Source: the human T2T-CHM13v2.0 reference genome, Homo sapiens. Taken from it: a DNA stretch of 64,000 nucleotides. The translations under genes were made by a program, and so were the position numbers. The stretch's first letter is position 1; the number at the start of each line of letters is the position of its first letter. The notes beneath the pieces were generated by a model that saw nothing but the letters and a program-made list of their open reading frames with translations, had not been told where the DNA came from and did no database searches. The DNA lies in assembly GCF_009914755.1 (NCBI RefSeq), contig NC_060936.1, one strand, 5' to 3'. Shown in pieces: positions 52,060 through 64,000 of the stretch.

Positions 52060-52720
52060 AAACCCATTCATTTCATACATTTCCATTGCTGCTACCATTG
52101 GTGGAGCCACCATCAGCTCTTACCTAGGATACGGGCAAAGTCCTCTTTATTGATCTAATTTTTTTCTCTAGATTTCCTCAAATGCATTCTCCATACAAAA
52201 GCCAGCAGTTTTCATTTTTTCAGATAAATTCAGATTATGTCTCTTTCCTGTTTAAAACTATTCCACATCTTCTCTTTGCACTTGGAAGAAACCCCAGACC
52301 CTTTGCCTTGACCTAGAAGTCCCTTCATGATCTGGTCCCTAACATCTCATCAAAGATATCTCCTATATGTAACCTCTTACTCTATACCTCCAACCACACT
52401 GGCCTTTTCTTATCCCCCCAAACTTTCCAAGCTTCTTTCTGCCTCAGGACCATAGCATAGGGGCTGTTTCTTTAGACAGAAAGGCTCTTCCATAGCTGAT
52501 CCTTCCCCTCAACTCCAAGAGGCCTCGCTAGCATCCTGACTGGGGCAAACCCTCCTCTGTTCTCTATTACAGAACTCTGGTTGCCTACTTCAAAGCACCT
52601 GTCCCGGGTTGTAATGCATGCACCTGTTTATTTGTTTGTCTGTCTCTTGGAATAAACTGCAAGATCCAGGTAGGGTAAATCTATGGTTACTCACCACACC
52701 CTTGCACTTGAAATTTAAGA
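52060..52720 (+). mobile_element. L2 LINE fragment
   Basis: gccaccatcagctcttacct, cagattatgtctct, ccacactggcctt, tgcctcaggacc. Confidence 0.7.
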
Positions 52721-55463
52721 TGATGTAAAAAAATATTAAAGGAATAAATACAAGTTTGACTTTCTCCTTAATTTTTCTTACAGAAAGCAGGGATGATTGC
52801 ATAGGGCATAACTTCCCCACACCTCCCTGCTTTTCCACATGCAGTTGCTTCTATCTGGGCTGCCTTTTCCCCTTGGCTGATCTCCAAATTCCTACTGATT
52901 CTGCTTCCAGAACCAACACCACACTTTCTCCTTCTGTGAAGTCTTCTCTTATATTCTCTCTTTTGTGTCTTCACACTATCACATAGACCTCTGTTTTGTA
53001 ATTATGTGTGTATCTTCCTGTACTCCTTCCCTTTCATTGTGAACTCTCTGAGGACAAAAAGCTTATCTCATTCCTCTTTCCATTTTCAGCCCTAGTGCAG
53101 AACATGATATTCACATGATATACACATGCGTAGGGAGCCTACAGATTTTATACATGTCATAGAGAAGGGCCAGGGAAAGCTGGCCACTCCTTGGTGGCGA
53201 TGCCTGCCCTTGGTTCCTCCTGCTGAACAAAGGATGGTCTGTGAACAGGAAGCATGGGATGCTCCCTCCCCGCCACCTGCCCCACTCAGAAGTGAAGGCA
53301 GCTTGTGCCCCGGCCAAAATAGGATTTCCCCATCCTTTGAAAGGAAAGCACTCTTCAGGCAGATTTTCAAGCTGAAACCATCCAGAACAAAAGCTGCTTC
53401 CAGCAGTGGCCAAGCAGACCAGCGCCCCTCTCCCTATGGCCCTAGTACAGTTACTGCCTAATGGGAGAGGGATGTAAAGGCTTCAGGTGAAACATCTGTT
53501 CAGGGTCACTGTCAGCCAGTAAGACAGAGACCTGTGAGCTTGCCAGTTGATTGCGTGGGGCAGCTAGAGGCGCCCAAGCAGCAGAGAAAGTGAGGAGGAG
53601 AAGAAGGAGGAGCAGCAGCAGCCCACAGCCTGTCAGGCCCTTTCTCACCACGTTTCCTTCCCCGCAGTGGCCACCATTGGATTCTGTTTAGCTCATGGTC
53701 GGGAACTCGGGCCCTTGAAAATGAGGCACTGTTCCCTGCCAGGTACAGAGAGTCTGAGAGGAAAGCTCTACATCTTCGAAGGCAATGTGAGCATCAAAAC
53801 TGAATGTCTTTTAATTAACTTAGGTCCACATTTCTGCCAGACTTCTCAACTTTTTTTTAACATTCTCTCTCTTGACCTGCCTCCCAAGGACCCTCATGTT
53901 CTCCTGTCCATTTCATCCCTCTCCCCAAGGAGAGGACTGGGACACCCCAGCAACATTCCAGATCTTTCTATCTCTTTGCAAGCTGCTGAAAAGCAGCTGT
54001 TCGGACAACAGTTTCTGAGGTCCTGTGGAATGGAAGGCAACGCCTACCCAATGCTCAGGGACAAATTTAAAAAATAATAACAATAACAGCTACTTCTCCT
54101 GAAGGTCAAGAAAAAATTCAGTGGAACCAGTGGGAACTTCAAATCCTGAGGGAGGCCTTTGGAGCAGTCCTGCATTTAGTAATAATCCTTGAGTCACGGC
54201 CACACAGATGCTGCCTCCGGGCCTGATTTTCCTTTGAGGCCTTGGAGTACATACTCAGATGAACATGAGTTTAAAGTTTTTAAAGGTCCAGGTTGGCTAG
54301 TGAGTTGTCTATAAACTAGCTGCTGCCTAACAGAACAGACATTATCTTAATGGTACTGATAGATCTGGAGTGTCACACATCATTAAAATAGCTGATTGAT
54401 TAGAAGAAAATAATTAGCTTGCCCTGTGTTGCTGGAAAGCCTTTTGGCATACCAAGAAGGAGATATGGAAGGGACGTGGGGTCATCCATCTTTTGATCAT
54501 TTGTTCTCCATCCAAGGTGATGAAAAAGGTCCTGATAACCCTTAGGGAAGGGAAGGAATATAAACATGTCTTAGTTCTTCTCTGCCATTTACTCAGAGAG
54601 AAGCTATCTGTAGACTTTCTGGAGTGTGGTGTGTTTATTCCAGTTACATAGACACACTCCTTTAAATCAAACACTCTGTTAGTGCCTTGGAGTTGTAAAT
54701 CAGTGGTTCTTTTCAAGTGACTTGATAGAATGTGATATTCTACTTTCCCTTGACAGGATATAAACATCGAAACCTAAATATTATAATCAAGTCCAGCCAT
54801 TGGCAGGACCGTGAAGAAGGACGTGTAGATTCTAGTAGCTTTTCAATGTCCTTCTTGCGTTTCACAGTATCTATCTTCCTCTGGATGTTCAATAGTCATT
54901 CTCTTTCACTACTTGGGAGATAAGTTGACAAACTTATTTATATTCAGGAGTGATGTGGTTTAAGGCATTTTTATGTTCATAGACATTTGCACAAAGAACC
55001 TTGAGCCAAAGAGTGTCTCTGGGGAGGTATTTTGCTGGCATGATGGGCATTGCCAGTACCCTGGAAATCAAGTTGTCAAATTTGCAGGCCATCAGTACTC
55101 TGATGATAATACTACACTCTTAGAGAGGCTGGGGGCAGAGTAAGAGCATATCTGGATCACCTGGGGGCCTTTGGCTGACCCTGATATGCACCTCCTGCCT
55201 CCCTCCCCACCCCTTAGCCTCCAACATTACTTAAAAAAAGCCACTGCTACAGATGAAAGTATATTATGCTCAGATTAAAAAATAAAATGGGGAAACACCA
55301 TTGGCCTGGATAACAGAGTCTGAGTTTGGGAGTTGACTGGAATTGGGCATTCTGACCCTTTTCAGCTGAGTGACCTTGGGTACATTACTTACTGTCCCCA
55401 AAACAATTGAACAAGATTGCCCTGAAACTTGCATAAAATAATGTAGGAGAAAATGTTTAGTCA

Positions 55464-55772
55464 GGCTGGGTGGGGTGGCTCACTCCTGTAATTCCAGCAC
55501 TTTAGGAGGCCAGGTGGTCAGATCACTTGAAGTCAGGATTTCGAGACCAGCCTGGCCAACATGGGGAAACCCTGTCTCTAGTAAAAATATTTAATATAAA
55601 AAAATTAGTTGGGCATAGTGGTGAGTGCCTGTAATCCCACTTACTCGGGAGGCTGAGGCAGAAGAATCACTTGAGCCCAGGAGGTGGAGGTTGCAGTGAG
55701 CCAAGATCATGCCACTGTATTCCAGCCTGGGTGACTGAGTGAGACTCTGTCTCAAAAAAAAAAAAAAAAAAA
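55464..55772 (+). mobile_element. Alu (AluS)
   Basis: Full dimer plus A19 tail. TSD gaaaatgtttagtca (55449-55463) vs gaaaatgcttagcca (55774-55788). Confidence 0.93.
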
Positions 55773-56175
55773 GGAAAATGCTTAGCCAATAAATATTAGT
55801 TTTCTTCCCTTTTAAAATATAATCAGAAACTCTGAATTTCACATGAATATAATTTGTTGACATTAACTCCTAAACAATTTGTGCAACTTTTTTTTAACAA
55901 TATAACATGATTAAATATTTTTTCCTAAACATATGAGTAATGCATCTTCATTGCAGAAATTTAGGTAATTTTTTCAAAAAAGAAAATCTATCAGCTTTCT
56001 TTAGGCAGAATCACTCATTTTTTTTTAAATTATTTTTTGGTGCATTTGCCCCTGCACTTCCCCACCCACCGATCCTGGGCTTTTTTATAATGTTTGCTGT
56101 CACACTGCACCTTCTGTCTTGTTGACTTCTTTTCTCCTTTAATACATCATAAGCATTTTTCCATGATATTAAACA

Positions 56176-56179
<4 letters not shown>

Positions 56180-56217
<38 letters not shown>
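56180..56217. repeat. (GT)19 microsatellite
   Basis: Perfect dinucleotide run, likely length-polymorphic. Confidence 0.95.
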
Positions 56218-56220
<3 letters not shown>

Positions 56221-56619
56221 GGTTGCTGCCATCACTGGACAGCCCATTCTTGGCAAGACCTTGAGTCCTTTTTTGAATTTTTGTCATATGGCTGGATATG
56301 GAAGTAAGGATGTAGGATAGTGGTGAATTTTATCTTCACCTATAGAGATGCATATCAGGGTCAGCCAAAGTTCTCCTTCCACTGACCAGATGTTCCTTCT
56401 GCCTTCAGTGACAAAAGGCCACATTTCAAATGCAGTTATTGGAAAGGGTCCTTTGATCCCCACAACTGGCCCCAGGGCAATGTAGAGTTGTGGCATAAGT
56501 GGTTTTTGAATGAATAAATGTATGCATGAAGGAAGAGTCATACCATTCATTTAGAAATAGGGATGCTAGGTGGGTTTGAATTCTCAGCATGGCATTATGG
56601 GTAATTTTTAGCTTTCATT

Positions 56620-56806
56620 TTTATGTTACATCTCTGTGCCTCCATTTCATTACCTGCAAGATAGAAATAATAATAGTCTCTACCTCATGGAGTTGGCAGG
56701 GTGTTATATGAATGAATACACGTGAAGTGACTTTCAACATTGCCTGGCAAAAAGAGAGTGCTCTGTAAACCATAGCTCATCATCGTCATCATCATCATCT
56801 TCATTA
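56620..56806 (+). mobile_element. MIR SINE with (CAT)n tail
   Basis: tctctgtgcctccatttc...aataataatagtctctacctcatgg...tgcctggca. Confidence 0.7.
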
Positions 56807-57076
56807 TGTGCTTTACAATATATTCCAACATTTTTTCAGTGAGCCCAGCCAGTCATACACACAATTTTTTTTTTATACTTTAAGTTTTAGGGTACATGTG
56901 CACAACGTGCAGGTTAGTTACATATGTATACACGTGCCATGTTGGTGTGATGCACCCACTAACTCGTCATCTAGCATTAGGTATATCTCCCAATGCTATC
57001 CCTCCCCGCTCCCCCCACCCTACAACAGTCCCCAGAGTGTGATGTTCCCCTTCCTGTGTCCATGTGTTCTCATTGT

Positions 57077-60908
<3,832 letters not shown>

Positions 60909-60971
60909 TATGATGTTAGCTGGTTAGTTTGCTCGTTAGTTGATGCAGTTTCTTCCTAGTCTCGATGGTCT

Positions 60972-61988
60972 TTACATTTTGGCATGATTTTGCAGCGGCT
61001 GGTACCGGTTTTTCCTTTCCATATTTAGTGCTTCCTTCAGGAGCTCTTTTAGGGCAGGCCTGGTGGTGACAAAATCTCTCAGCATTTGCTTGTCTGTAAA
61101 GGATTTTATTTCTCCTTCACTTATGAAGCTTAGTTTGGCTGGATATGGAATTCTGGGTTGAAAATTCTTTTCTTTAAGAATGTTGAATATTGGCCCCCAC
61201 TCTCTTCTGGCTTGTAGAGTTTCTGCTGAGAGATCCGCTGTTAGTCTGATGGGCTTCCCTTTGAGGGTAACCCGACCTTTCTCTCTGGCTGCCCTTAACA
61301 TTTTTTCCTTCATTTCAACTTTGGTGAATCTGACAATTATGTGTCTTGGTGTTGCTCTTCTCAAGGAGTATCTTTGTGGCATTCTCTGTATTTCCTGAAT
61401 CTGAATGTTGGCCTGCCTTGCTAGATTGGGGAAGTTCTCCTGGATAATATCCTGCAGAGTGTTTTCCAACTTGGTTCCATTCTCCCTGTCACTTTCAGGT
61501 ACACCAATCAGACGTAGATTTGGTCTTTTCACATAGTCCCATATTTCTTGGAGGCTTTGCTTCTTCCTTTTTATTCTTTTTTCTCTAAACTTCCCTTCTC
61601 ACTTCATTTCATTCATTTCATCTTCCATCGCTGATACCCTTTCTTCCAGTTGATCACATCAGCTCCTGAGGCTTCTGCATTCTTCACATAGTTCTCGAGC
61701 CTTGGTTTTCAGCTCCATCAGCTCCTTTAAGCACTTCTCTGTATTGTTTATTGTAGTTATACATTCTTCTAAATTTTTTTCAAAATGTTCAACTTCTTTG
61801 CCTTTGGTTTGAATGTCCTCCCGTAGCTCGGAGTAATTTGATTGTCTGAAGCCTTCTTCTCTCAGCTCGTCAAAGTCATTCTCCATCCAGCTTTGTTCCA
61901 TTGCTGGTGAGGAACTGCGTTCCTTTGGAGGAGGAGAGGTGCTCTGCTTTTTAGAGTTTCCAGTTTTTCTGCTCTGTTTTTTCCCCAT
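60972..61988 (-). pseudogene. ORF1: L1 ORF1p (coiled coil, RRM, CTD), disrupted
   Basis: Runs from MGKKQ to QNHAKM, 1017 bp in one frame. In-frame TGA at codon 110 (61659-61661) and codon 130 (61599-61601), both at CGA codons of the consensus. Confidence 0.95.
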
Positions 61989-62419
61989 CTTTGTGGTTTT
62001 ATCTACTTTTGGTCTTTGATGATGGTGATGTACAGATGGGTTTTTGGTGTGGATGTCCTTTCTGTTTGTTAGTTTTCCTTCTAACAGACAGGACCCTCAG
62101 CTGCAGGTCTGTTGGAGTACCCAGCCGGGTGAGGTGTCAGTCTGCCCCTGCTGGGGGGTGCCTCCCAGTTAGGCTGCTCGGGGGTCAGGGGTCAGGGACC
62201 CACTTGAGGAGGCAGTCTGCCTGTGCTGGGAGAACCACTGCTCTCTTCAAAGCTGTCAGACAGGGACATTTAAGTCTGCAGAGGTTACTGCTTTTTGTTT
62301 GTCTGTGCCCTGCCCCCAGAGGTGGAGCCTACAGAGGCAGGCAGGCCTCCTTGAGCTGTGGTGGGCTCCACCCAGTTCGAGCTTCCAGGCTGCTTTGTTT
62401 ACCTAAGCAAGCCTGGGCA

Positions 62420-62960
<541 letters not shown>

Positions 62961-64000
62961 TAGGAAAGGGAACTCCCTGACCCCTTGGGCTTCCTGAGAG
63001 AGGCAAAGCCTCGCCCTGCTTCGGCTCGCGCATGGTGCGTGCACCCACTGACCTGTGCCCACTGTCTGGCACTCCCTAGTGAGATGAACCTGGTACCTCA
63101 GATGGAAATGCAGAAATCACCCATCTTCTGCATCGCTCACGCTGGGAGCTGTAGGCTGGAGCTGTTCCTATTTGGCCATCTTGGCTCCTCCCACACAATG
63201 TTTTTTAAACAGTTTTTTTTTTAAAGAAAGTACATGTAGGCATGAGAAGACAGCATCTTAGGACAGTAAAGTAAAACAGGGTTAAGAGATTGGCTAGATA
63301 CCAGGAAAAAGAAGTTCTAACAGAGACAGCAAGGGATAGGAAAGAAAACAAGGAAGGGAGAAAGGAAAACAGTGAGAAAGGAGGGAGCAAATTATGGGCA
63401 GACCAGAATTCAGCACAGGAAGGGCCAGGTATGCAAGTTTGAAAAATGCACCATGGGACTTGACTGTGTAGTGAAGACTGAGACCCGCTACTCTAGGACG
63501 TTGAGGAGGAAGCTTCATAGAATGCTCTGCTGCTTCCTGTCCTGTTACCCAATCAGGAAAGGGGAGGGGATCAGGGGTGGTGAGAAGGGAATAAGGGCAG
63601 GAATTATGAGAAAACTGAAACATGGAAAGGTAAATCAACTTGTGAAGAAAGGTCTCTTGGCTCGTTGCTGGCAACACTGGATCTAGAACTCCGCTTTCAG
63701 GGTGTCCGAATTCGTTCTCAATACTTCTCCACCCCTGTCTGCCAGTTTCTCTCTGTACTTGGAGACCTAAATACAAAAACTGGCTCCAGAATTTGAAATC
63801 TATGCCTTAGCTTTTTTAGGGTGACCATAAGTTGAGGGAGGAACAAGGATGCTGGTCAAAGTTCCCATCAGTGACCTGCGGAAAATTGGAAAATATCAGG
63901 TACCACCACTTCCTCCCTTCCCACAAGTCTTCTAGACCTCTCTCTCTTTGCAAAGAGTCGTCAGAGAAGGTTCCAAGCCAACTGCTTAATGAATTAATAG

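Noticed and set aside
53180-53580. Several CTCF-like motifs
   Set aside because: Each has 3 or more mismatches to CCASYAGRKGGCRS, too weak to call without ChIP data.
53451-53651. Minus-strand ORF resembling a signal peptide (GLLLLLLLLLLTFSAAWA)
   Set aside because: It starts at GTG with an in-frame TAA shortly upstream and no ATG. The Leu run comes from a degenerate CTG/CTC/CTT triplet repeat, and there is no good splice donor.

Overview
Non-coding, repeat-rich mammalian genomic DNA. It is almost certainly human, because it contains an AluYa5 with all five diagnostic bases. I find no intact host protein-coding gene, RNA gene or CRISPR array, and I cannot name the locus. The main feature is a full-length, dead LINE-1 on the minus strand (about 56865-63192). 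It looks like an L1PA3 of the group lacking the 129-bp ZNF93-binding segment. Its ORF1 has two nonsense codons, and its ORF2 has one nonsense codon and three frameshifts. A young AluYa5 has inserted into its 5'UTR/ORF0. The rest of the window is older Alus (J/S), MIR, L2, ancient L1/HAL1, MaLR and ERVL solo LTRs, and MITEs (MER53, MER2, MER3, MER81, MADE1). Repeat subfamily names come from my recall of the consensus sequences and need confirmation with RepeatMasker/Dfam. Features the repeat annotation does not explain: (1) a ~200-bp piece of an MLT1 LTR copied 2.4 kb away into an L2; (2) a second ancient local duplication; (3) a cluster of interlocking hairpins with H-type pseudoknot geometry just downstream of a TATA-like box (18961-19094); (4) three motif-dense, non-repeat blocks that look like enhancers. 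None of this demonstrates a new biological system; these are leads to test.
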